This document shows positions 13,592-27,500 of a stretch of 64,000 nucleotides of DNA, one piece after another; the first letter of the stretch is position 1, and the number at the start of each line of letters is the position of its first letter. The position numbers and the translations under genes are program-made. Under the pieces are notes generated by a model. The model was not told where the DNA came from. It was given only the letters and a program-made list of their open reading frames with translations, and ran no database searches. The stretch is from Balanoglossus misakiensis. Lineage: Eukaryota; Animalia; Hemichordata. The DNA lies in assembly GCA_040954595.2 (NCBI GenBank), contig CM082579.2:13517834-13581833 (forward strand), given 5' to 3'.

Positions 13592-13799
13592 CTGTAAAAC
13601 AGGAAATTTTCACGAGCGATAAATTTGCATGAATCATGCAAGAGCCAAAATAACCTGAAAACTAAAAAGTCGCAAAAAAAATGTTTTTCTGAAATAATGA
13701 TGAATTGAAATTCGAGAATGCGAAAATTAATCATTACATAACAGTCGCCACTTTTGATATTGCGAAAATTTCCTGTTGGGAAAATTTCATGTTTTACAG
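13592..13799. mobile_element. TA-flanked MITE, 208 bp
   Basis: TIR CTGTAAAACAGGAAATTTTC / GAAAATTTCATGTTTTACAG with TA on both sides; internal gcgaaaatt repeats. Confidence 0.85.
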
Positions 13800-13820
13800 T
13801 AATATATACCCATTTTTTCT

Positions 13821-14145
13821 GCTTCCAAAACGAACATTTAGAGTCATGCATGCCACTGGCCCAATAAAACCTGATAGCCCTTGCTGGGAACTGTGATGTA
13901 ACTAGCATCCCCCTCGAAGTCACGCACATAAACTGATCAATGGTGATTGTGTGTAAAGATACAGTGAAGGCAAGGCTAATCTAAAGTCAAAATGGTACTC
14001 ATCCTTAACAACACATGTATCCTTTGACCAATCAATGGAAAAAAAAAGTCTGTGATTGACTTCAAAGTGATATTAATTACATCACAATTCCCAGCAAGGG
14101 GTATCGTGCTTTATTGGGGCAGTGGCATGCATAGTTTTTGGAAGC
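13821..14145. mobile_element. Fold-back element with ~70-80-bp imperfect inverted arms
   Basis: gcttccaaaa...atgcatgccactggcccaataaaacctgatagcccttgctgggaactgtgatgtaa pairs with ttacatcacaattcccagcaaggggtatcgtgctttattggggcagtggcatgcat...ttttggaagc. Confidence 0.75.
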
Positions 14146-15432
14146 AAAGCTGACAAAATACAGCTATATACTAGACTAATATTTCATTAAAGCCTGATCA
14201 TTAAACTGAAGAACGTATCTCTAAAATTGCTCTCTATTTCTCCCTCAGGGAAAAGAGCAATAGACAAAACTTTGAGTGACAGATCTTCCAGTTGTGTACT
14301 TATCATTTGTATTACCCAATCACAGACTTTGTGTTATTGGTCATTTATCTGTCCAATTTTAATACTCTTGTGTTCAGTGGAGCATTACACCAAAGAAGTC
14401 ACACTATGACAGTGACAATAAAACACTTGCAAAAACATGGATTGCTCAGGTCAGCCTATCTGGTTACAGATTACCTGTGAACCAACTAATCCAGCTATAA
14501 TGAATGTGTTTCATTATATACAGAGAATTGTAGGTTGTTTGAGACGTGTTAATATCACACTCTAGCATGGGGCAATGTTCACACGTTTATATTTATCATG
14601 TGAACGCCACAAAGTCACCAGCTCTTGATGTTCATTTTTTTTGGAATAATTTGTTATGATCTGATTGCTGAAAATTGAATTGAAGCTGAACCTACAGCAT
14701 ATGTGTGGACATAACATGTTTATACTTCCATGTAGTAATTTGTGTTACAGCCAAACAATTAAATAACACCATTATAACAAAATTAACGAAACTCACCCCA
14801 GGGCTATCACTAATTTGAAGGGATGCTGATCCAGAGTTAATGGTTCATTGGGGAGTCTAACAGTGTTTTGAAATGTCACATTGTAATTTGAAAGTTAGGC
14901 TTGGGTAGTGACAATGTTATTACATTGTTGTGTACAAAATTTGAATGGAGCTCTATGAAAAGAGAAAAGTGGTGTGTGGAAAAAATCAGTCTCTGTGCTA
15001 ATATCCAGTGCCTTCATTCGACTCTCAAGGAAAGTTTGGTAAAACAATGAACTTTTTGTGTGTCAGCATTATTGGGAAAGATTAAGCCCACACATGTATT
15101 CAATTTAGATAAAAATGGAAAATTACCATCAGCCTTTTTTCTTAGCACTCTCACCTTTCACCCAATTCCCTGTGTAGACATCCAACTTTCCAGCAGGAAA
15201 CAATGGATTTGGACCAAACCATTCGTTCACTTGAATATATATGTAATATCTGTATGTATGTAACACCTGTATTCTTTGCAGTCATCATTTAATCATTTAT
15301 GCATGAGAACACCTTTCTAGTAATGATAGAACTTACAGTCTATTTGATGATCTCAATTATATGCAAACCACCAGGATGTTTCATTTGACTAATGAACTCA
15401 AGGTAATGCGCCACCATAGTGTAGATTGCTGA

Positions 15433-15531
15433 TATAAAAGGACACCATGCATATACTTAGTCAGTTCACCTCTGTATCCAGACCGGCCACATGTATGAAC
15501 TGAAGATGTCTATGTTCAATTTCAGGTTAGT
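15433..15531 (+). promoter_or_regulatory. Candidate TATA + Inr core promoter with short first exon
   Basis: TATAAAAG at 15433 and Inr-like TCAGTT at 15461 (A at 15463, so TATA at -30). ATG-containing segment ends in the donor-like CAG|gttagt at 15525/15526. A diverged copy at ~15717-15782 lacks the TATA. Confidence 0.4.
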
Positions 15532-16929
15532 TTTCCTTGTACTTTACCTGTAGCTTGAAGCATTTTTATATAGGTGCATTCTACTGGCTCATTTTAGCAC
15601 AAGTAATTGGTGTCTGAACTTGCGTCAAGTCTTCAATTGTACTTCTGTATTTTTCACTTGAATGAATTTTTGTGTATTCTGCTGTAGGTGAACTCCCATA
15701 CATGTGCGTAATTTAGCAGTTCACCTGTGTAGCCAGACCGGCCACACATATGAACTGATGATGTCCCTGTTCAATTTCAGTTAAGAAATGTTATAGGCCT
15801 ATGTCTTGTGAAACCTTTAAACCATGTTGGTGTGTTTTGTGGTGAACGGCGACACCCGTGACAAGTATGTTAGAATCAAACTATTAGATGCATGTGAAGA
15901 AATATAGTCTGTTATAAGGAAGTGACTGGAGTGAAGGAGACCTCGTACGACGAAAAGTACTTTAATAGACTCGAAATGCAATCAAATTACAATCGAGATA
16001 TAATGCATTTATATATGCTTAAAAAGGTAAATTAATGAATGGTGTCAACAAAATAAACGTTCATGATACATTTAGATCATTTTCTCGTCCAGCTAGGGGG
16101 TTCAACGTCAAAAGGAAAGTTCACTATTCAAATGCAAATAAAGTCATTAAAGAGTCCTAATCTCTTCTATCCAGTGACCATAGTAGCCAAACAATTAAAA
16201 TCACGTTTTTAATATCAATATTCACATACATTGCTTTTTACTTTTCTTGAATTTCCTAACATTTTTTTATTTTAACAAAAACAAGAGCCTTTCATGACCA
16301 CTTATTGACTTTCGAAAATATTTCATGTAATCAGCCATTCATTTTATGTGTGTGTGAAGAATGACCCTCTGAGGCTGTTGAATCATGTATAGTGCTGAAG
16401 GGGAGGGGGGGACACCATTCCTCAATTTTGTTGATTTTGCATAAGATGCTAAGTTGGTATTTTCCACACATTGCTTTTTGTACTGAGAATTACTCAGTTC
16501 TTAAGAAGAGCTTTTGACTAAGATTTCATTGTATTTACAAGACTGCCAGAGTATGTAAATAGTATATGCAGCATTAGGAAGGAATATCTTTGATATTTTT
16601 ATTCCAACAATTTTCCTATCATGATAAATAAGTAGACAGATATATCATGTTAGGATTTTTGCATACTTAAAATAAATATTCTGATAAAATGAGTGCTTTT
16701 GTCTGTCTCTTTGATTTCAGGTGAGGATCAGTATTTGTTGTTGCTTTTCCTGCACAGATTCCAATCAGAAGGCAATTGTGATTACCAGTATGTTCTGTCT
16801 GATTGAAGTTTGAGTTTTCTTAGGACCTGAATATCGCTCTAACAAATGGTTTGCTTTCAGATGTGGAGTTAAGCGCTGGTGATAGTTTTGGCTATTCTGT
16901 TCTCTCACTTTGGCTGTTCTGTTCTCTGT

Positions 16930-17530
16930 TTTTGTCTGATCTCGGACACATTAGCTGAAAACTACTGGTCAGATTTCTTTGAAAATTGGTATGCATATAT
17001 CTTCTGCCAACATCACAGAGCTCTATAAGTTTTGACCTTATATCGTGAATTTTCTACTTTTTATGACTTTTGTCATTTTTTCCACATCTTCTATGAAAGT
17101 GATTGGTCGATTTCTCTAAAAAAAATTCAGTATAATTATAAAGCTTCCTATAGGTGATCTTTGTTTTTTTTTCAAATTGTTGCTAAGTTTGCGTATTTGT
17201 AATTATGGGCCAAATTTTGCAATTTTTGGTCAAAATTCGTTTTCTCGGAAATCGCTTGTCAGATTGCTTTGAAAATTGGTAGGCATGTTTTCAGGGTTAA
17301 GCAATTGTGAGTTGTGTTAAATTTTTGCTGAAATGTGCATATTTATGTTCTTGAGGTAGGGCCTAACTGTTGCAATTTTTCGTCAGAAGTTTTTGTCCTT
17401 GAAACCACTTGTTAGATTGCTTTGAACTTCGGTAAGCATGTTCCTTATACTGATTGATGTAAGATATTGTACAATTATGGTGATGTTTGAATATTTGAGT
17501 TTGGCAGTTTTGGGACAGTTTTTTGAAATT
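16930..17530. repeat. Diverged ~130-bp internal tandem repeats of a Helentron-associated-type element
   Basis: Recurrent core gaaa(a/c)c(a/g)ct(g/t)gtcagattgctttgaaa(a/t)ttggta at ~16958, 17248 and 17401. The same core recurs at 20750-21040. Confidence 0.55.
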
Positions 17531-18829
17531 AGGTCATATCAGCTCGTGTGGTATTAGGTCAATAACAACAAATTAAGTCCAAACGTTGGCCACGCTTCCT
17601 ACTTTAATATAGCACAAGTATGAAAAAACGACCAGTTTGTGTTACGTTACCTGCTTTCATTGAGAGCAGCGCCCGCAAGTGAGTTTTTTAGAAAATTTGA
17701 TCAAATTCATGATGAATCGAATTGAATCGACGTTTATTCCAGCTGGGAGCACTTTATAGACTACAAAGTTGTTTTGTTAGATGGGTAAAATTTAAGACCA
17801 CTCGACCAATGCAGAGGGAAGTTGTCAAAATCGACGAAACAAAGCGAGAAAATGGCAATTTGCGCTGTCGACATATTTCTTCTCCTGCCTCGAATTATCA
17901 ATCCCATGGAACCCCCCCCCCCCCCCCCGGCGCGCCCGAAAAAAATATATATCAATCAGGGATCATCATAAAACTCGACTATGAATCGGACATGAAATCA
18001 AACTCGACGATGGAAAAGCAGCCGATTCCGAGATAAACGCATCCCGATAGGATGAGAACTCCGCCATGTGACTTCATCTAATTTCTCTGCAAACATGGAG
18101 GGGTTGTACGTTGGTAATGTGTTTACAAAGCAAAGTTAAGACATAAGTCCGAACATGACCGTGGTCCGAAGCTTGGACACTCTTATCAAACAGAGCAGTA
18201 CAGTGTGTGGAGACATCGCCCGTAAGACACACCACCGGCCCTGCCACACTGAGCTGCAATATGCTCTTGGCTCGTAGCCGTCCCAGTCGGTAACAAGTCG
18301 TTACGGCACTTATTCTTTTCGGTTCGGCCTTTAATGTACGCGACCCCGGCCGTTTCGTCCTAGCTGCAAACCGATTCTTCAATTTGCAGTTCAGTAAAGT
18401 TGGCGAACGGGATAGTCTGTTAACGGAAAACGCAGGCCTATACACAGTGCTGGCGAACGGGACAAAAGGCCACAATAAAAGCGAGCGTGTTGTCAGATCA
18501 GTGGGACTATCATAACACGAATACATAACATGTGGAAGGGCTAGGCCTAATTTTCTCCTGAGAAAGTTCAATTCGTGTTCTGTCGATGTGAAATTGTGTT
18601 TATTTAATGCTTTTTGTAATAACATTTATGACTTTCATTTATGGTGCGATTATAATATCCGGAATATCATCGTATGTCACAACAATGCACTTCGAAGACT
18701 TCTTGGTCACCCGGACACGAAAGTGCCTCTAAAATATTTTTTCTAAACGCCGTAAACTGCTTCTCCGTCATGAGAAGAAAAGTCGCTTTTAATTTTTCTG
18801 TTCGTCTCTGTACTAGTCCCAATGTTTTG

Positions 18830-19043
18830 ATCAATCGTCTTGTCTCATGAGATATGCGCTTTTATGGACTACATACCCACTGGATTGACATTTTACATTG
18901 ATTCTTAAAACTATTATATTTTTTACATTTATTTCATTTATTACTTTTCTAGTGTTTTTGTCAGTTTTTGTAACCTATTTCTATGGACGGTTGTGTCTGA
19001 AATAAAGATAAATAATAATCATAATAATAATAAAATAATAATT
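18830..19043 (+). mobile_element. Probable LINE 3' end (UTR with simple-repeat tail)
   Basis: T-rich UTR-like stretch, then aataaa and an (ATA)n tail at 19010-19043, set inside CpG-rich DNA. Confidence 0.4.
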
Positions 19044-20689
19044 ACGATCCCGAGATTACGATAAGCATAGGGACATTATAACGAGCCAACGTGAAACTGA
19101 CATGGAAACGATCGACAGTACGGTAGAGCACAGTGACTGCTGGTAGAGCGAGCGTGTTGCTGTGCGGGAGGCATTTACCATGTTTGTTTACAACACACAC
19201 CGACATGACCTGTGGCCGCAGTTGCAGCCTCCTAAGCGACCTAACCCAAGCAGTTTACGATCTCGGGTATCGTGGTCTGACTGACCAAAATGACACAGAA
19301 AGAGAAACACATTAGGAAGTATTATAGCTCTGTTTCCTCGAAGTCGAATAAGTGTTCACAACACAAGGCACATCAAACCCGTTGCTCAGACATCGGAAGT
19401 TTGCAGTTCGCTTGCCTGGTTTGAAATGCGTGGCTGTGGTAGAAATTACCCACTGTGCCCCCCCCCCCCCGATTTTATTGTGTAGACAATGAGGCACTCA
19501 CACTCAAAAAGCAAATGAGATATTCTTTCGAATGCGAGCATGTTCCAGAGCGTTCTAAAGAAATAAAATATGCAGCTGTAGCATGTATGCATATTCATTA
19601 GTGTGTCGTAATGCTAACTTTGGTCTGTGATTGGGTAACACGTTCTACTCACCATAACAACAGGTGATCATTGATCCGTTTCCGGTGTGCGACGCCGGGT
19701 TTCGACCACTTTCCTTCTACTTGCCGCGGGATCAAGACGTCTTTTCGGTAGGCTCATAATCGAATCATTGCTTTTAGTACAATAGCCTATTTAGCTATGT
19801 TACCGTCACTCGATTGTTTTGTCTGGTACTGGGTGACTTGCAGCTATCCGTACAACACCTTGTAGTTGAACAGAAGTAGGTTTAATTCCAGAAACAATTC
19901 CGAGCTACGGGCGTGCAGCTAGCCTGTCGGCTATTCTGGGTATGGCTGCGCTGGCTCCCGAATCAGGAGACCAGGAAGTCATAATCGAGAAAGTCTAGTC
20001 ATATTTATAGGGTTATATTTTGTGAGAATTTTATTGCTAGGCCTCTTGCCTAAGCGCACGTAGGGCCAGTTTGTGAGATTGAAAAGGATGGCAGCGCTGC
20101 AGGATGTTTAGTGTCAAAATAGTCGACCATACTGTCGAACGGTTGTGGCAAAATGGCACGTCACTGTGGCGACATAAGGTACGGGTAGAACGTTTTTCTC
20201 TGGAAAGTCTCTTTGCTGGTGGACGGAACGATAGTTCCATACGTATAGTCTTTGTTTAGCGGAAGGTCAGGAAACCACGGTATTTTTCCATACATAATTC
20301 CATACGTTCTTTGAGGTTTTTATATGAGTCACCTCAGTGTTTGCAGGTGTTTTTTTTTATTTTACGGTTTAAACGTGGTTGGTGTATTTTCACTTTTCTG
20401 GTGAGATTTCCACCTCTCCGTTGGCATACTTAAAAAATTATCCTAATTTTTATTGGGAAAACCGATAAAACCAAAACCACAACTAAAGAAAATGTCTTAA
20501 ACATTTTAACTTAGGCATTGTAATCTGTTTGGTGATAACCCTTTTAGCTTTGAGAGATAACCGATTTGATGTTTTAGTATAAGCCAATTTTTTGACCAGG
20601 GCGACAAGGATTTTTTCTCCTAGAGTCGTGTTGCTTGGAAGCATACTTTTGTATGTGTGGTCCCAGTTGATGAAAACCTGGTTGATGAA

Positions 20690-21060
20690 AAATGTGCATA
20701 TTTATAATTTTGTAGCAATTTTTGCCATTTTTGGTCAAAAATTGTTTCCTCTAAAACCGCTTGTGAGATTGCTTTCAAATTTGGTAGGCTTGTTCCTTGG
20801 GGATAATTAAATAAGATGTTTAAAAAAATACTTGAAATTTACATATTTGCGTTTTGTGTGTGAAAGTTGTGGAATTTTTCATCAAAAATTATTTTCTTTC
20901 AAACTGCATGTCAGATCGCCTTGAGCTTTGGTAGGCATGTTCCCTGAAGCGATTGAAGTAAGATATTGTACAATTTTGGAGAAAATACTGATTTTTCTGA
21001 AACTGCATATGGGATTGCTTTGAAATTTGATAGGAATATTCCAATGGGTAACCCAAGTTT
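20690..21060. repeat. Second block of the same ~120-130-bp internal repeat family
   Basis: Cores aaaaccgcttgtgagattgctttcaaatttggtagg, aaactgcatgtcagatcgccttgagctttggtagg and aaactgcatatgggattgctttgaaatttgatagg. Confidence 0.5.
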
Positions 21061-21556
21061 TGTCTGATTGTGTTGATTACCCTATACTGAGACTCACTAA
21101 GTACACTATATGTTTATATTACTAGGGAGTTCAGAATCCAATATGGCCACCATTCAAAGTGGGACATGCTGTATAATCTGATTGATTTCTAAACTTGTCA
21201 TATTTTGATTTCTCGGTCTTGCAAATAAAAATAAAATGCCAAAAACTGAGTAACTTTCGTTTCTTCCCGCTTGTTAACGTCATATGTTGGTGTTGTCCAT
21301 TACAACGATTATCATCTAAGCGTCCCGAAACACTGATAAGAACTCCAATATAATTAGCCAGAGTAAACTGAGATTTTTATGCTGAAGTCGGCATATGGTC
21401 TTTTTCCTCCTACTGGGAAAGTGGCTAGAGTCAATCAGTGCATAATGGCAGCATTACATGGCACTGAAGAAATGGCAGGGGTATTTACATCTCTGTATTT
21501 TTTTCACTTAAACCATTATAAATCTCTAAAGTATATTATAATATTGTGTATGCAAC

Positions 21557-24500
21557 TTGGAGATGCGTTTTACTTCAGAGTAGGAAGTATTTTTTAGTAA
21601 AGTCTGGGAAGTGACATGTCTTCAAAGTGATTGATGTTATCTGCTAAGAGCTGAATGCCCATGGATGTTCTTTCCTAGATTTTACATTTTCTTAGCATTT
21701 CATAGACCTGTGTATAATTATAATTTCAGTTATATATTCTAATTTGAGTTTAGGAAGGGTATGCATGGAATTAAAGTAATTATTCTGTAATTACCCAACC
21801 AGATATGTTGTCTAACTAATGGATATTTTGATTGTCAATTTGCACAGGCAACATTATTGAAGTAGCATTAAGAGTAGTTGATAATATAGCAGCGCTTCTA
21901 ACTGGAAAGAAGAGCTTAGTAAATTTATCAGCTCATAATATTCCTTTAACCAATGAACTTTATATGAACTTGCACACCTGCGTTAAAGATACAGGGATTA
22001 ATGTTCAGGAAACCTTACCAGCTCTAGTAAATTTATTTGAGCCAGAAATTGAATTACCAAAAAAAAATCAGTAATTTCATAAAGACACAGTCAGAAAAGA
22101 AACAGAGAAAGCCAGCAAGGAAGGGAGAAAAGTGGAATACATGAACGACACAGTTTGCTTAAAATACGTGTGTGTGCTGTAAAAACTGTATGGTGCAACG
22201 GCGTCAATTTTTATGATTTATAAGCAGCCAGTCTTTCCATGCATATCATACCAAAATTTAATATGAAATTCTTGTTAATGTTAATAGTCTACAAGGATAG
22301 TACAGGTAACATGTTGAAATTAAACTATCAAACTTTCTCCACTTTTGATATCCGCTCGACACAGGCAAGCAAAAGGTCCGATCTGAGACTATGACTTGAA
22401 TGATGGCAATTTTTGCTGTCCAGTGGTAACTGTATAGCATTTATTTGGTAGTAATATCAGCTTTATGATTGCTAAAAATACATCAGAATTTAAATATTTC
22501 CACTTACTACAGTGATTGAACTGATTTTCAGCAAATTGCAGTGTATAAACAAATATTGCCATCTAATGAAATGTCAACCCAATTAAGGCCGCCTATTTGC
22601 AATGGTAAAATGCTAGGTTTACCATATTTGAGCGCCTGGGAATTTGAATTATAATCCAGATATCAAAAACTTAAGTCACTATCTGTATCTGCACATATAT
22701 TGTAATATAATCTGAAAATTTCGTGAAAATTAGATCAAACATGATCGAGACACGGAACATCAAACATTGCAAATTTTCATATTTTACCATGGTGCCATGC
22801 AAAAAATAGAGAGATTTTTTTTACAAGTTTAGATGATCTCCTGTAAAACTGAAAGAAGTAATCTTCTGTGAATCTTGCATTTTTATGTTGGAACCATGCA
22901 AACCACTTTGGCCCCTGCAATGCAGCATGTTGCTTTAATTGTCTTCTTCATGGTTGCCATATTGGATTTTTTGGAGATGCGTTTCACTTCAGAGTTTGAA
23001 GTTTTTTTAGTAAAGTCTGGGAAGTGACATGTCTTCAAAGTGACTGATGTTATCTGCTAAGAGCTGAATGCCCATGGGTGTTCTTTCCTAGATTTTACAT
23101 TTTCTTAGCATTTCATAGACCTGTTTATAATTATAATTTCAGTTATATATTCTAATTTGAGTTTAGGTAGAGTATGCATGGAATTAAAGTAATTATTCTG
23201 TAATTACCCAACCAAATATGTTGTCTAACTAATGGATATTTTGATTGTCAATTTGCACAGGCAACATTATTGAAGTAGCATTGAGAGTAGTTGTTAATAT
23301 AGCAGAGCTTCTAACTGGAAAGAAGAGCTTAGTAAATTTATCAGCTCATAATATTCCTTTAACCAATGAACTTTATATGAACTTGCACACCTGCGTTAAA
23401 GATACAGGGATTAATGTTCAGGAAACCTTACCAGCTCTAGTAAATTTATTTGAGCCAGAAATTGAATTACCAAAAAAAAATCAGTAATTTCATAAAGACA
23501 CAGTCAGAAAAGAAACAGAGAAAGCCAGCAAGGAAGGGAGAAAAGTGGAATACATGAACGACACAGTTTGCTTAAAATACGTGTGTGTGCTGTAAAAACT
23601 GTATGGTGCAACGGCGTCAATTTTTATGATTTATAAGCAGCCAGTCTTTCCATGCATATCATACCAAAATTTAATATGAAATTCTTGTTAATGTTAATAG
23701 TCTACAAGCATAGTACAGGTAACATGTTGAAATTAAACTATCAAACTTTCTCCACTTTTGATATCCGCTCGACACAGGCAAGCAAAAGGGCCGATCTGAG
23801 ACTATGACTTGAATGATGGCAATTTTTGCTGTCCAGAGGTAACTGTATAGCATTTATTTGGTAGTAATATCAGCTTTATGATTGCTAAAAATACATCAGA
23901 ATTTAAATATTTCCACTTACTACAGTGATTGAACTGATTTTCAGCAAATTGCAGTGTATAAAAAAATATTGCCATCTAATGAAATGTCAACCCAATATGG
24001 CCGCCCATTTGCAATGGTAAAATGCTAGGTTTACCATATTTGAGCGCCTAGGAATTTAAATTATAATCCAGATATCAAAAACTTAAGTCACTATCTGTAT
24101 CTGCACATATATTGTATTATAATATACCTCATGCTAATACTGTGCCGTGATTCGCCAGAATCCGTCACGTGATAGGAAAATAGAATCGACTATGAACCGT
24201 TAGGGAAATAGCAGAAAAAAATATAAACCGGTCACATGACAAACGTGGTCACGTCAATCAGCGTCGCGTCTGACACAATGGCCACCGCTGAAGATGTCGT
24301 CTGCCAACCTCAAGAGAAAATTGCATGATTTTCCAAACTGTCAGCATGAGGTTTATTATAAAACACCTATAGCCTGGCCTATATTCGGGCCATAGCAGCC
24401 GTTTTTACCCCCACGTGGCTGTGAGTTACCAGAATCATACGCTATTTCACTCGGCCTGCGGCCTCGGGAAATAGCATATGATTCTGGTAACTCACAACCC

Positions 24501-27500
24501 CTCCGGTGTAATAAACGGTCGCTATGGCCCTCATGGCCAGGCAATAGGTGTTCAATATAATCTGGAAATTTCGTGAAAATTAGATAAAACATGATTGAGA
24601 CACGGAACATCAAACATTGCAAATTTTCATATCTTACCATGGTGCCATGAAAAAATAGAGAGATTATTTTACAAGTTTAGATGATCTCCTGTAAAACTGA
24701 AAGAAGTAATCTTCTGTGAATCTTGCATTTTTATGTTGGAACCATGTTAACCGCTTTGGTCCCTCAAATGCTGCTTTTAGTAAATGTTTTAATTGTCTTC
24801 TTCATGGCGGCCATATTGGATTTTCGGATAACCTTTAAAAGTTGACATTTTTTTCAAAAACTACAGGGCCAATCAAGTTCTAATTTACTGTGCGGTTCAA
24901 TGTTTGACAATAATATCATTAGTGGTCATGTGGCTTTGGAGTTTTGAAAAAATATCATTAAAAAATTTCAAAAATCTTTTTCTAATCAAGTTTTCAAGTA
25001 AATTGTGATTGGGTAAACCTTATTGAAGCCAAATTGGATTTTCTGATCTCCAATAAAAGACTAAAATTTCCTATTTCTAGCTTGCTCATTGAAACCACAC
25101 AAATTCTTTTTATGGATATGAGTCACCATATGACCAGAATATATCACAATTATTAGACTACTTTCACATGTTCTTTGATCAAGTTTTTACAGAACTTGAT
25201 TAAACAATGTGTTTGCGACTCTCGCATGTCCTTTGATCCAGTAATTCCAGAACTTATTTTATGTGGATATGCCTCTTGTTAAAAACCACCACAGTCATAA
25301 TTTTGTTCACATGAGTACGACTGCTGCCAGGACATTACCCAAATCTATTGATAATTTTGGCAATGACCTTTGCTGCCAGGACATAACCCAAATCTTTTGA
25401 TAATTTTGGCAATGACCTTTGATCTACTATCCCATGCCTTGGAATAAACAGCAAATACAGTCTTCAAATATTTTTGGCTGGAACACCTAATGAAGTATTA
25501 AACTTTTACACAATAATTATGTACATAAGCTATTTCAAGTGAACCAAAAGAGCTTAGAAGTCTGTTTTCTGTTGGACACAGCTCAGTTTGATATCAAAAT
25601 TTGTTGGCCAAAATTTGCGTGACCTCTGGCTTACTTACCATTTCTCAGCATCCATAACAGATAAAGCCTTTGCTTTCTGTTGGAACCATGCTAACCGCTT
25701 TGGTCCCTCCAATGCTGCTTTTAGTTTTAATTGTCTTCTTCATGGCGGCCATATTGGATTTTCGTATAACCTTTAAAAATTGACATCTTATAAAACAACT
25801 ACAAGGCAAATCAAGTTCTAATTTACTGTGCGGTTCAATGACAATAATAAAACTTGAATAAACAATTTGTTTGCGACTCTCGCATGTCCTTTGATCCAGT
25901 AATTCCAGAACTTATATTATGTGGATATGCCCTTTGATCCAGTAATTCCAGAACTTATTTTATGTGGATATGCCTCTTGTTAAAAAGCACAACAGTCATG
26001 ATTTTGTTCACATGAGTACTGCTGCTGCCAGGAAATAACCAAAATATTTTGCTAATTATGGCAATGACCTTTGATCTACTTTTCCATAAGTTGGCATGCA
26101 CAGCAGATACAGTCTTCAAATTTGGAGGACTGAAACAACTAATGAAGTATTAAACTTTAACACAATAATTTTGTACATAAGCTATTTCAAGTAAACAAAT
26201 GGAGCTTACAAGTCTGGTTTTTGTTGGACACTGATCAGTTTTAGATCAAAAATTTGTGTCACAATTTTGCGTGACCTCTGGCTTACTTTACCATTTCTTG
26301 GCATCCACAACAAAACAGCCTTTGCTTTCTGTTGGAACCATGCTAACCGCTTGGGCCTGTCCCATTTCTTCTTAATGGTGGCCATATTGGATATTCTGAT
26401 AACCCTTAAAAATTGACATCTTTTCAACAACTACAAGGCAAATCAAGTTCTAATTTACTGTGCGGTTCAATGTTTGACAACAATATCATTAGTGGTCATG
26501 TCACTTTGGTTGCCATATTGGATTTTTGAAAAATCTCATGAAAAATTTCACAAATCTTTTTCTAATCAAGTTTTCAAGTAAATTGTGATTGGGTAAACCT
26601 TATTGAGCCAAATTGGATTTTCTGATCTCCGATAAAAGACTAATATTTCCTATTTCTAGCCTGCTCATTAAAACCACACAAATTCTTTTTATGGATATGA
26701 GTCACCATATGACCAGAATATATCACAATTATTAGACTACTTTCACATGTTCTTTGATCAAGTTTTTACAGAACTTGATTTAAACAATTTATTTGCGACT
26801 CTCGCTTGTCCTTTGATCCAGTTATTCCAGAACTTATTTTATGTGGATATGCCTCTTGTTAAAAAGCACAGCAGTCATGATTTTGTTCACACGAGTACTA
26901 CTGCTGCCAGGACAAAACCCAAATCTTTTGATAATTTTGGCAATGACCTTTGATCTACTATCCCATGCCTTGGAATGTACAGCAGATACAGCCTTCAAAT
27001 TTGGTGGACTGGAACACCTAATGAAGTATTAAACTTTAACACAATAATTATGTACATAAGCTATTTCAAGTTAACCAATAGAGCTTAGAAGTCTGGTTTT
27101 TTGTTGGACACTGATCAGTTTGATATCAAATTTTGTTAGCACAATTTTGCATGACCTCTGGCTTACTTTACCATTTCTTGGCATCCACAACAGAAACAGC
27201 CTTTGCTTTCTTTTGGAACCATGCTTACCACTTTGGTCCCTCCAATGCAGCATGTTGCTTTAATTGTCTTCTTCATGGTTGCCATATTGGATTTTTTGGA
27301 GATGCGTTTAACGTCAGAGTTGGAAGTATTTTTAGTAAAGTCTGGGAAGTGACATGTCTTCAAAGTGACTGATGTTATCTGCTAAGAGCTGAATGCCCAT
27401 GGGTGTTCTTTCCTAGATTTTACATTTTCTTAGCATTTTATAGACCTGTGTATAACTATAATTCTAGTTATATATTCTAATTTGAGTATAGGTAGAGTAT

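Noticed and set aside
15755-15790. CTGATGA as a hammerhead core or snoRNA box
   Set aside because: No supporting stem II/GAAA geometry or C/D box pair with a terminal stem, and the paralogous copy reads CTGAAGA.
18074-18625. 183-aa minus-strand ORF as a real gene
   Set aside because: No recognisable domain, and ORFs of this length arise by chance in locally GC-richer DNA.
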